Shown: positions 1 to 11,800 of the stretch, piece after piece
Layout of the letters: every line of letters begins with the position of its first letter
How positions within the stretch are numbered: the stretch's first letter is position 1
Source of the DNA: Flectonema sp. DT1601
Lineage: Eukaryota
Assembly (NCBI GenBank): GCA_964019425.1
Contig: OZ025803.1
Coordinates: forward strand, 744,001 to 808,000
Length of the DNA stretch: 64,000 bases
Direction of reading: 5' to 3'
Translations under genes and position numbers: made by a program
Notes under the pieces: generated by a model
What the model saw: only the letters and a program-made list of their open reading frames with translations
What the model was told of the DNA's origin: nothing
Databases searched by the model: none

Positions 1-21
1 AAAAAAAATTAAAAAAAAAAA

Positions 22-1077
22 TCATAATTTAGCATTCTTCGTTCCGTCTATCGCATCGGATAGGAGAGTTCTGAAAGAAGAGTTGCCGGTACCTTTCGAA
101 GCTGCTTTTAAATAAAAAGAAGCAATACTAAAATGAGACTTACGGAATTCAGTATAGGCAGTTACTGCTTGCGCGTAGGCAGGCGTACTGTGAAATAGAG
201 ATTTTAAATTATTATTTTTAAAGATTGACTGTAACTTCTCTACGACAACACGTTGCTCTCTCGGGATAAAAGACATCATTTCCTGTTGAAAATCTCTAGT
301 CGTGGTATTGTGATTAACACCAAGAAGTGAATCAAATATAAAAAACATCGCTGATTGACCTGCACTTGGTCCCTTCGCTGATATTTCTCCGACACCCTCA
401 AACAGAACAGCATCAGGAAAGAATCCAGTTAGAAGAGGTCTGTAAACGTTATAAAATACTGAAGGATCAACGAGACGAATAGTTTCTTCTGCCATCGTCT
501 TCTTAAAATAGTTAAACAAAGGAATTAAATCAGTGAGGTGCTTCATAGTAAGACTCTCAGCAGTTTTAAATAAATTAGAAAGATACGGAGCAGCTCTTTT
601 ATGCATCAAATATGGAACAGTATGGAAACCAGTCTCTGAAGTAGTTGCGGTGATTTGCAAATCCTGTGTCGGACCTGGTGATGATGTCATGTTCCATAAA
701 TCAGCACCTGAAGCTGTTAACACCATTGGTAGACCGACACGATGACATACTTTGCTGTATGGAATCGCAAGGCTTTTGGGTACTGTCGGTCTCTCAGTAA
801 CCTCACCAATTGTTCCTGGAGCTCCACCAATAAGATCCCAGGGGACAAGACTGTTATTTACGTATGATTGAATTAAAAAACTAAATATTACATAACATCT
901 TCTCCATTCACCTTCTGTTAACTCATCATCATCTATCTCAATCAGTGGTAGGTCGTTAACGGCTTCTTTGAGTAAGCGATTCTTATTCAAATCTGGAAGC
1001 TTCTTTGCTAAATCATCCCAAGCGGAGTATTTCTGAGGTAGTTGGTGAACTACTTCAACAAGGAATCCCTCAGGCAT
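22..1077 (-). CDS. IDO: Indoleamine 2,3-dioxygenase family heme enzyme (351 aa, no intron needed)
   Basis: IDO-family motifs: N-terminal 'GFL...LP..Y..W', 'FYNVYRP.L.G', 'GPSAGQS', 'FR..H' (proximal heme His), C-terminal 'KGTGNS.F...L'. Confidence 0.85.
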   Translation of the reverse strand: MPEGFLVEVVHQLPQKYSAWDDLAKKLPDLNKNRLLKEAVNDLPLIEIDDDELTEGEWRRCYVIFSFLIQSYVNNSLVPWDLIGGAPGTIGEVTERPTVPKSLAIPYSKVCHRVGLPMVLTASGADLWNMTSSPGPTQDLQITATTSETGFHTVPYLMHKRAAPYLSNLFKTAESLTMKHLTDLIPLFNYFKKTMAEETIRLVDPSVFYNVYRPLLTGFFPDAVLFEGVGEISAKGPSAGQSAMFFIFDSLLGVNHNTTTRDFQQEMMSFIPREQRVVVEKLQSIFKNNNLKSLFHSTPAYAQAVTAYTEFRKSHFSIASFYLKAASKGTGNSSFRTLLSDAIDGTKNAKL

Positions 1078-1653
1078 TTCTTTTTTTATTATTATTTAGT
1101 CACGGTTTTGGTCACAATCGTGAGACGTTTTGTTAGAATCTAAAGAAAACAGAAATAAGAAAATAGCTATGGCTACCCACACGCACTTGATTTGAATGAT
1201 TCTACCTGTCTTGATAAATTGCTTTTGTGATGTACCCAAAAGTATAAAAACTCAATGAGGTGAGCGCTATAAGACGTGGGACGCACCAACCGAGTTTTTT
1301 TTTTAATTCTTTTTTTTTTTTTTTTCGGGTTTTTTTTTTTTTTTTTTTTTTCTTATTTCATGTTATTCATAGATCTTTCTTCTTTCCCCCCTTCACATTA
1401 ATTCCGTTCTTGCTTCGCGATCGTTCATCGAAGTCCAAAGGTGAATAAAAATTTTTTTTTTTTTTTTTTTTCGTTTTTTTTTTTTTTTTTGGGAAGCGTA
1501 GGTTAACCTCTTTTTTGAATGAATTCAGACGCGTCTGTTCAGGTCATTGATAAAGCTCAACAGGAACGTGAATTTATTAGCATCCTTCAATGAGAACTCT
1601 GCTCTATTAGTTTTTTTTGTTTTTTTTTCCATGGGTTTCGTTTTTTTACTATG

Positions 1654-1684
<31 letters not shown>

Positions 1685-2021
1685 CCCCCACCGCGGCTAC
1701 ATACCTTCCAAGAGATGCAGCAAGCTGAGGTAAAGACCGGTCTTATTGTTATAAAAGTATAAAGCAGGGTGGTTGACTAAAGATCTATAAACTGCTTTTT
1801 AAGGCAGTTTGTCGGTGTGGTCTTCGGTAAGGAAGATAATAAAATGTGAAGGACACGGTCAAATGGTGATCTTACTCGTTAATTAAAACACAACGAGAAA
1901 AGAAAGGAAAAAAAAAAAAAAGACATTACGTTTTCAACGTTGTCAGCATACGTTGCTTGGTTTTTTTTTTTTTCCCTCCTTTTTTTTTTTTTTTTTTTTT
2001 CTCTTGTGCTCACATTTCTAC

Positions 2022-2062
<41 letters not shown>

Positions 2063-2802
2063 GTAAAATGAATAACGTCCTAGGCAGATACAGAACAAAA
2101 ATACCTTAACTGGATGCCGCGTCTAGCAAGCACACATCAAGGTTTATGGACACCTTGAAGTTCAAATGTTTTGATGGTTCCCAGTCTCAAGGAAGAAGCT
2201 AACTAAGTCGCTATGGACACAGATAAAGAAAAAAAAGGGGAGAAAAAATGGGAAAACAAATAAAACAAACATCTAAAGATTCATGTTTTTTTCGTTCTAT
2301 TTTTTTTTTTTTTTGTCTTTTTTTTTTTTTTTATGGTGGAGTGTTTTTTACTTGTTACTTTATTTTTTTTTCTTTCACAGAAATCGTTTCGTCACGACTC
2401 ACCTCCCCATTCCCTTTTTTTTTTTTTTTTTTTTTTCCCATCATTTTCTATTTACTATTTTTTTTTTTTCTATGTTATTTCTATGTTTACTTACAGAATA
2501 AACAATCTAAACATCAGGTAGGTAATTTATCGGAGCGTTGCCATGCGTGCGCCTTACTTTATTTTCTTTTTATTTTTCTCTCTTTTTAACAAGTATTTTC
2601 TTTCTGTTTTTTTTTTTTTTTCACAATTTTATAAAAATACTACTATTTATTTATACATTTACTTTTTTTTTTTTCCGCATCGAAAGAAGCATCGCAATCA
2701 ACTAGTGAGAATTAGTTACTTAACAATGAGTTTGCCAAACTTGGCAGCGTACAAGTTTTCAGACTGCTATTCATGAAAGCAACAGTGGACTGACTGAGCT
2801 GC

Positions 2803-5615
2803 CTAATAATTAGCGTGATTTGGGGGTATCAGTGCCTTGTTACCAGGGTTCTTAGACAGAGTTGAGAGTGAGAACGTTGCAACCTGTTTTGTGTGTTTTT
2901 TTTTTTTTTGTTTGTGCACTGAAATTAGAATTCGATGCAAACTTCTTGAGGATGAGAATAAATACCTTTCTTATTGACTCAGATTGACTTGTCTCTACAA
3001 GGTGAACTAATTCTGACACTCCTTGGCATTTACCTATTAGTTCGTTGTTTTCATCATTCTGAGCGAGGTTTTTTAGGCATAAAGCTGCCTCTCTAACTAC
3101 ATTCTCATTACCACATTTTAATAAACCAATAATTTTAGGAATAGCCTGAAGCTCTCTTAGAAGATTTTGATTCTTCTCGTTGTTGGAGGTGCAGTTCTGT
3201 GTTCGTTTGTTTATAATAATTAGACGGTTAAGTCAATTGTAAAGTAAAACACTTAAAAAGAGATTATAAACAAACCTTTAGAGCACCAGCAACGTTTTCA
3301 AGAATAAAATAATTACCCGATGATAGACAACGTACAAGTGCTTCAATGCCTCCAATATCTCGAACGTGGTCGCGATTATCAGTATTGAGAGTGAGTGATA
3401 ATAGTGAACCAGCTGCGTTTTCGACCACAGAATCGGTTTTATCTGAGAGAAGCTTAGTCAACACTTGAATAGCACCTGCGTTCCTTGCAGTTACTTTGTC
3501 GTCGCGGGCTACATGCCAAAGAGTCGCTGCAGCGTATTCGCGCATACCCGATGTTAGTTTCTCAGGTGGACCATTTAGAATTTCAACCAGCTTAGTAATA
3601 GCGTTACACTTTATTAAAGCCTGACGATTCTCTGCCAAAGTAGAGCAATTCCGAAGGATTCCAAGAGCTTTTTCTTTAATACTAAAGTTCTCGTGATCTA
3701 ACACTTTCAATAATTTCGTAAATCCATTACATTCTCTTATGACGTGTTTATTATCATTATTTATACTACATATCCACAGTGTGGAGGTCAACTTTTCAAG
3801 TACTGAATACTTTGTGCGGTCGAGAAGGTCGATGAATAAATGTAATCCACGTAGTTCCTTTAGTGCTATTTTGTTTTGATCATTTATAGCGCAGTTTCGG
3901 ATGGCTCCAGCAGCGTTTTCTTGGATGTTCTCATTGTGAGCAAGGAGGAGTTTTAAAAGAGGATCGAGACCTCCGAGTTTTCTAATTGCTATTCGATTTT
4001 CTCCAACGGCTGCGCAGTTCCAGAGAGTTCCACTTGCGTTTTCTACAACTGACTCAACAGGTGAGCTTAGTAGTTGAATAAGTGGCTGTAGTCCTCCTAA
4101 TTCACGAACTAGTCTTTTGTTTTCGGTGTCAACAGCGCAGTTCCACAGTCCTCCCGCAGCGTTTTCTTGAACCGATTCGTTTCTGGATGACAATAAATCA
4201 ATTAGAGCTGCTATGGATCCGAGTTGTCTGATTACCACTTTGTTTTCAGTGTTGGACGCGCAATTCCAAAGAGCTCCAGCAGCCTTTGACTGAATTGATT
4301 CTGAAGGATAGTAGAGAGTCGCAATAAGTTTTTCAAGTCCGTTACACTTCCGAATAGCAACCTTATTCGAGTCATCACGTGTTAAGTACCCAAGAGCTAT
4401 TGTTGCATTTTCTAGAATAACATCATTCTCAGTATGGAGGAGGTCAACAATTGCAACAAGTCCACCAGCCTCTCTAATTGCTGTTTTGTTCGTGTCCGAC
4501 ATTGCTAAGTGCCACACACATGTTAAAGCTTTTTCCAGTACAAATTCACTGTTGCTTTGCTTAAGTATCGCAACCAACGCATGAATACCACCAACCTGAC
4601 CAAACGCATCTTTTAGCGACAAGTCCGTTGTCAGCGTAGTCACCAACACAGCCACGTCAGCTTTAACTTCAATATTTACAGAGTGAAGTAATTTAACAAA
4701 GTGTTCGAGAGCTTTATTTTGTCCGAAGACGTCAGTGATGGATGATTCCCCGTCGGGTTTACTCCGACCACATTGGGTGTTGTTATTCCACCTCTTTACT
4801 ATTTCAATAAGGCATCGTAAGATATTTGCCTGAAGAAATGGAAGTGCTCCACCAAGGTGTTGAAGTAAACCATGAGTACAGCGTACCCAGTGGGTGTATG
4901 TTCCAGGTTCCCATGCAGCTTCGTCAACGGAGGCGCAGAAAGTTTCGAAATCGGTGAGGCAGCGTTGGACCTCCTGATCGCGAACATTTTGAAGATGCCA
5001 CAGAACTGCATCAATACGACGAGCATCTGATTGTGGAGCTGCTGCATCATATCCAACAGGAGAAGTACTCGCACGTTGATGAGCTATCGAATCAACGACA
5101 GGAGGATTCTCTGGATGTACATTTTGTTGCATCTGTGGTGGAATCTGATGCTGTTGCTGAAATCTCTGCTGCTGCGCAGCTTCATCAGCAGAACCAACAG
5201 CCTGCATTCCCGTGGTCTGTATAATATCCAATTTTAGAACTGACTCTTTTCTTGTTAAGTCTTTTAAGCAGTTGTCGGTGTACTTTTGGTGTGCACGTAG
5301 AACTTTCTTCTTTTCATCCAACTGCTTTAGTGTCACATCAAGCTTCTTCATTTCCGTAGCGAGCTTTTCCTTTGCGTAGGCTTTTACTTCGATTTGTCCC
5401 AGTAAATCTTTCTCCTCTTTTTTTAGTCCTCCGAGTCTGTCCGTTAAGTGTTCCCGAAGGGAAAGGTTTGGACGCTTTTCCACTTCGGCTTTGAGATCGA
5501 CCGCGAATTTTACCATCGGGTCCATCTCTTCTCCAGCCTGGTGTAGAATCTTCCATAACTGATACGCGATATCTGGATGCGCATTCTCTGGATAGTCCCC
5601 CCCTGGGGTCTCCAT
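2803..5615 (-). CDS. Armadillo-repeat protein with N-terminal coiled coil; 3 exons (5615-3276, 3196-2966, 2883-2803)
   Basis: More than 10 ARM repeats (ENAAGALWNCA...NK..IR.LGGL..LI.LL). GT-AG introns at 3197-3275 and 2884-2965 keep the frame and add further ARM repeats (NCTSNNEKNQ...VREAALCLKNLAQ...; VATFSLSTLSKNPGNK...*). First ATG is at 5615; the track ORF starts at a GTG just after an AG acceptor. Confidence 0.85.
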
Positions 5616-6047
5616 ATCCGAGTCCCCTGTTGTCACCTTCCTGTTGTAAATAAAATTATTATATAGATGCTATTGACCATAAGAACTGTTCACCATCCAA
5701 GTATCCCGTTGAGTGCTCAGTTTATATCTGTTTAGGGAGATGGTTTACAAGCAGGAAACGATGTCAATAAAATACCGCAATCAATTACAGCAAGTCTTTC
5801 GTATGATATTAACGATGAATCAACAATGACACAGACGGCAAGTCTGCTAAGGTAGGGGAGGGTAATAAAACTAACTGAATAAAAGAACACCTACCACTGC
5901 ACAACACTGTCGAGACCGCTGGGATAGTTGCAATGGCAGCTAAACGGGACTCCTTTTGTGTGGCTGAGAAAGTGTTTGAAGTAATTTCATATATGAAAAC
6001 TATCAGGTTTCTCCAACGATGTGTTGTAATAATAAACATAAAAGTTC

Positions 6048-8704
6048 TTAAGACAGGGCTTCAACAACCTTCTTCAATGCGAGGTACTCATCAGTCTTTC
6101 CAAAGACATCCTCAGCCAAACGAAGAACTGGTTGTACTTGCATAGTTGCCTGCATTTTCGGTGGTGTTGTTTGAACTTTTCTTGCCGCTAGAGCGTCATC
6201 TGTAATGAGAGCAGCACATTCTGCAACCTCAGTTGCTTGTTGAATTACCATCAAGGCGTTCGTTCTGTCTACTTGCCAATCTCTCTTCAAAACACAACGA
6301 AGTTGTTTTAATCGCTGGTCGAAACCCTCTAATGGATTATCAATACCAATTAAGAAGTCTCCATAAGCCTTATATAGCTGTGCTTCAGTAGTCGTGTGGG
6401 AAGTAATCTTTGCTAAAAGGTTGTGCATCTGTTTGGTTGTTTTTACTTCAACGTCGGTCGATTAGTGAAAGAAATTAAAAAAGCATTTTGCGACATGAAA
6501 CGAAACAAAACAATATCACTGGTGAAAAGAAAGTTTAAGAAAAATATCCATACATCACGAACGAGTGAATTGGCGGAAGCGGTCTTGGCGTTTGCGACTG
6601 CTTCCTGTGCAGAGACGTTCTTGGTGTCCTCTATGTCTCCGTATTCGAGTCCTATGTCAGCACCAAACGGAACGATGTCAAAAACTTCATCATCAAGTTC
6701 CTCTTGTTGATCCTTAGTGAGGGACTCAATCTTTAGTTCTTCTTCTTCTTCTCCACGACGGACAGCGAGAACTCTTTGCACAAGTTTTAGTAGCATCTCT
6801 GGACGAACCTTGTACTTACGACCTTTTTGTTGAACAATCTGATTGAGTGTGTTGATAGCCACTCTCTTCTCTCCAACATCAATTGCGACTGTAACGAGAT
6901 TGTCCCAAATTTTCCAGCTTGCTGGAGACCATTTTTTTGCTAATTTCAAACAGTGAAATGCAGGAACCTGCTTTTCCAAGTGCAAGTTACACATAGCTAA
7001 GTTAGACCATGACTGACCATCTTCCATATCAATTTGGACATTTCTTGTGTAGCAGCTGGCTGCCTTGGCCCACTGTTTAGTTTTTATTGCTGCCCATCCC
7101 ATAGAGAACCAATCAGCTCCAAACACCGGGTTTAGTTCACATGCCTTTTCAAAGTAGTCGCAGGCTTCTTCGTACCGTTCTTTTTCTAAGTATAATTCTC
7201 CGAGTCCTCTTGCAGGGGCTGCAAGTCTCCCGTTAGACAGTTCCCAGGCCTTTAGATAATATTGTTCACTACGAGTAGCATCACCCAAACTTGATAACAA
7301 CATTGGGTTTTCTGGATCATCCTTAAGCAACTCCCTCAAAAGAGATTCTGCCTTTGCGCTGCGGTCAAGTTTGCGGCAACACTTTACGACATCAGACCAG
7401 TTTTCAAGAGCTTCGTGAATGTCGAGGGCTGACTTAGCCATTCCGATATCGTAATAGACCTTTGCGAGTTCTGTTTTCAGTGCGAACTGTGACGGGTATT
7501 GTACCAACCAAAAGTCTTCAAGACGATGAACTGTTGACTCCTCACCTTCCTGTGTACTACTATATTGATCACACAGTTGGCACAGCTGCAACAGAGCACG
7601 CTCACGTACCCTAACTCGCTGCTTTTCCATCCGAGAACGGAGCAACAGAATCTGGGTTTTCATCGTCCAGGAGATTCCCTTTTCTGCGAAGAGACGTTCG
7701 AGATATGGAAGACGCTCTTCTTCAGTAAGGCCGTGCATCGGATTGTTATTACGAACATTAACACAAAGCCCTAAGATGATTGCTCTCTCAAAAGGAGTTA
7801 ATGGCGAATCAACAACTTCATTGTCGTCTTCCTGTGTGATATCCATGTGGGGATAATTCTCAGCGTCTTCCTTGACTTGCACTTCCGTGACGTTACCGCA
7901 GTCTATGTTTTCCTGAAGCTTTCTTGGTCTATCAAGGACATTAGCACCTTCAGTACCGCAGACAACTGGTTGGAATTTCCTTTCGATGTTGTTTTCAGGT
8001 TTTGCAGAACCAGAAGCTCGAACGATAAGTTGAGCAGTTTCGTAAGTCTGATGTTCAGTACGAACACCCATCATTGATGTTAACTTTGCTCGTAATCCAC
8101 TAAGTTTATAAGCTTTCTTAATGTGATCATTAGAATGATGAGGTTCATGGTAATAGTAGTGAGCCATACCACGGGACAGATGAATCTCAGACTTTGAAGG
8201 AATTCCCTCAGTGTCGTCAGGCAACTTTAACATTTCATCATAACTATCCATCACACGATTCAATAACTTATGAGATCTGTTAGCAAGCATTCTCTGATAC
8301 ACAAAATACACTCTTGCTCTCCACAAGTGAATCGCAGCATTGTCGTAGTACTTATCCACCTTAGCCTCAATTAGCTGAAGCAGAGTGAGCAACAACACAG
8401 GATGGAGTACATTCTGATTTAAGACTTCACCATCAACTGTTAGATGACCAATAATCTCCTTGTTACAGTTGCTACTCTTATTGCTCAATTCGTATATACC
8501 TTGTCTGCTTGCTTTGTCTTTTACTGTGAATTCACCCGTAAAATTACTCGCAACAACAACATCGGTTATGTTTTCTATTGTTTGAATAAGTCCTTCTGCT
8601 CCTCCCTGATCCTGAATTCCAACCGCAATTTGATCCTGAAAATCTTTTGTCCACGTGCTGATGTTGCATCCCTTTTCAAAAGGTGTAGGCAGGAATACCG
8701 CCAT
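6048..8704 (-). CDS. TTC27: TPR-repeat protein, TTC27/Emw1-like; 2 exons (8704-6554, 6428-6048)
   Basis: TTC27-like motifs 'MMGVRTEHQTYETAQL' and 'LLLRSRMEKQRVRVRERALLQL', followed by a TPR array. A GT-AG intron at 6429-6553 joins ORF 6443..8704 in frame to ORF 6048..6428. Confidence 0.8.
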
Positions 8705-8871
8705 TTTATTAATATCCTAGTAAGTCATAAATAAATCATACTAACGACCTGCTGAAAAGCGACACCAACGTAAACAACAACTCAACTTGGGTTAGAATGC
8801 GCAAAACAGAATTAGTATACAATGCACAATAATCCTTGACAATATCCTTCGGATTAAACATTCCATTTTGC

Positions 8872-11800
8872 GATCGGAGACTCTAGTCTTTTGTGCAAAA
8901 CATCATAAATGTATTGTGAGATTAGGAAGGATACACAGAGATGGATAGAAAACAATAACATCAGTAAGGGTTGTGATAAACACGTATCGCTCACTTCCCT
9001 TTAAGGGATCGGAGACTCTAGTCTTTTGTGCAAAACATCATAAATGTATTGTGAGATTAGGAAGGATACACAGAGATGGATAGAAAACAATAACATCAGT
9101 AAGGGTTGTGATAAACACGTATCGCTCACTTCCCTTTAAGGGATCGGAGACTCTAGTCTTTTGTGCAAAACATCATAAATGTATTGTGAGATTAGGAAGG
9201 CTACACAGAGACGGATAGAAAACAATAACATCAGTAAGGGTTGTGATAAACACGTATCGCTCACTTCCCTTTATGGGATCGGAGACTCTAGTCTTTTGTG
9301 CAAAACATCATAAATGTATTGTGAGATTAGGAAGGCTACACAGAGACGGATAGAAAACAATAACATCAGTAAGGGTTGTGATAAACACGTATCGCTCACT
9401 TCCCTTTAAGGGATCGGAGACTCTAGTCTTTTGTGCAAAACATCATAAATGTATTGTGAGATTAGGAAGGATACGCAGAGACGGATAGAAAACAATAACA
9501 TCAGTAAGGGTTGTGATAAACACGTATCGCTCACTTCCCTTTATGGGATCGGAGACTCTAGTCTTTTGTGCAAAACATCATAAATGTATTGTGAGATTAG
9601 GAAGGATACGCAGAGACGGATAGAAAACAATAACATCAGTAAGGGTTGTGATAAACACGTATCGCTCACTTCCCTTTATGGGATCGGAGACTCTAGTCTT
9701 TTGTGCAAAACATCATAAATGTATTGTGAGATTAGGAAGGATACACAGAGACGGATAGAAAACAATAACATCAGTAAGGGTTGTGATAAACACGTATCGC
9801 TCACTTCCCTTTAAGGGATCGGAGACTCTAGTCTTTTGTGCAAAACATCATAAATGTATTGTGAGATTAGGAAGGATACACAGAGACGGATAGAAAACAA
9901 TAACATCAGTAAGGGTTGTGATAAACACGTATCGCTCACTTCCCTTTATGGGATCGGAGACTCTAGTCTTTTGTGCAAAACATCATAAATGTATTGTGAG
10001 ATTAGGAAGGATACACAGAGACGGATAGAAAACAATAACATCAGTAAGGGTTGTGATAAACACGTATCGCTCACTTCCCTTTATGGGATCGGAGACTCTA
10101 GTCTTTTGTGCAAAACATCATAAATGTATTGTGAGATTAGGAAGGATACACAGAGACGGATAGAAAACAATAACATCAGTAAGGGTTGTGATAAACACGT
10201 ATCGCTCACTTCCCTTTAAGGGATCGGAGACTCTAGTCTTTTGTGCAAAACATCATAAATGTATTGTGAGATTAGGAAGGATACACAGAGATGGATAGAA
10301 AACAATAACATCAGTAAGGGTTGTGATAAACACGTATCGCTCACTTCCCTTTATGGGATCGGAGACTCTAGTCTTTTGTACAAAACATCATAAATGTATT
10401 GTGAGATTAGGAAGGATACACAGAGACGGATAGAAAACAATAACATCAGTAAGGGTTGTGATAAACACGTATCGCTCACTTCCCTTTATGGGATCGGAGA
10501 CTCTAGTCTTTTGTGCAAAACATCATAAATGTATTGTGAGATTAGGAAGGATACACAGAGACGGATAGAAAACAATAACATCAGTAAGGGTTGTGATAAA
10601 CACGTATCGCTCACTTCCCTTTAAGGGATCGGAGACTCTAGTCTTTTGTGCAAAACATCATAAATGTATTGTGAGATTAGGAAGGATACACAGAGATGGA
10701 TAGAAAACAATAACATCAGTAAGGGTTGTGATAAACACGTATCGCTCACTTCCCTTTAAGGGATCGGAGACTCTAGTCTTTTGTGCAAAACATCATAAAT
10801 GTATTGTGAGATTAGGAAGGCTACACAGAGACGGATAGAAAACAATAACATCAGTAAGGGTTGTGATAAACACGTATCGCTCACTTCCCTTTAAGGGATC
10901 GGAGACTCTAGTCTTTTGTGCAAAACATCATAAATGTATTGTGAGATTAGGAAGGATACGCAGAGACGGATAGAAAACAATAACATCAGTAAGGGTTGTG
11001 ATAAACACGTATCGCTCACTTCCCTTTATGGGATCGGAGACTCTAGTCTTTTGTGCAAAACATCATAAATGTATTGTGAGATTAGGAAGGATACGCAGAG
11101 ACGGATAGAAAACAATAACATCAGTAAGGGTTGTGATAAACACGTATCGCTCACTTCCCTTTATGGGATCGGAGACTCTAGTCTTTTGTGCAAAACATCA
11201 TAAATGTATTGTGAGATTAGGAAGGATACACAGAGACGGATAGAAAACAATAACATCAGTAAGGGTTGTGATAAACACGTATCGCTCACTTCCCTTTAAG
11301 GGATCGGAGACTCTAGTCTTTTGTGCAAAACATCATAAATGTATTGTGAGATTAGGAAGGATACACAGAGATGGATAGAAAACAATAACATCAGTAAGGG
11401 TTGTGATAAACACGTATCGCTCACTTCCCTTTATGGGATCGGAGACTCTAGTCTTTTGTACAAAACATCATAAATGTATTGTGAGATTAGGAAGGATACA
11501 CAGAGACGGATAGAAAACAATAACATCAGTAAGGGTTGTGATAAACACGTATCGCTCACTTCCCTTTAAGGGATCGGAGACTCTAGTCTTTTGTGCAAAA
11601 CATCATAAATGTATTGTGAGATTAGGAAGGATACACAGAGACGGATAGAAAACAATAACATCAGTAAGGGTTGTGATAAACACGTATCGCTCACTTCCCT
11701 TTAAGGGATCGGAGACTCTAGTCTTTTGTGCAAAACATCATAAATGTATTGTGAGATTAGGAAGGCTACACAGAGACGGATAGAAAACAATAACATCAGT

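Noticed and set aside
1260..2776. Short Phe/Lys-rich ORFs here and throughout intergenic regions
   Set aside because: Artefacts of poly(T)/poly(A) tracts.
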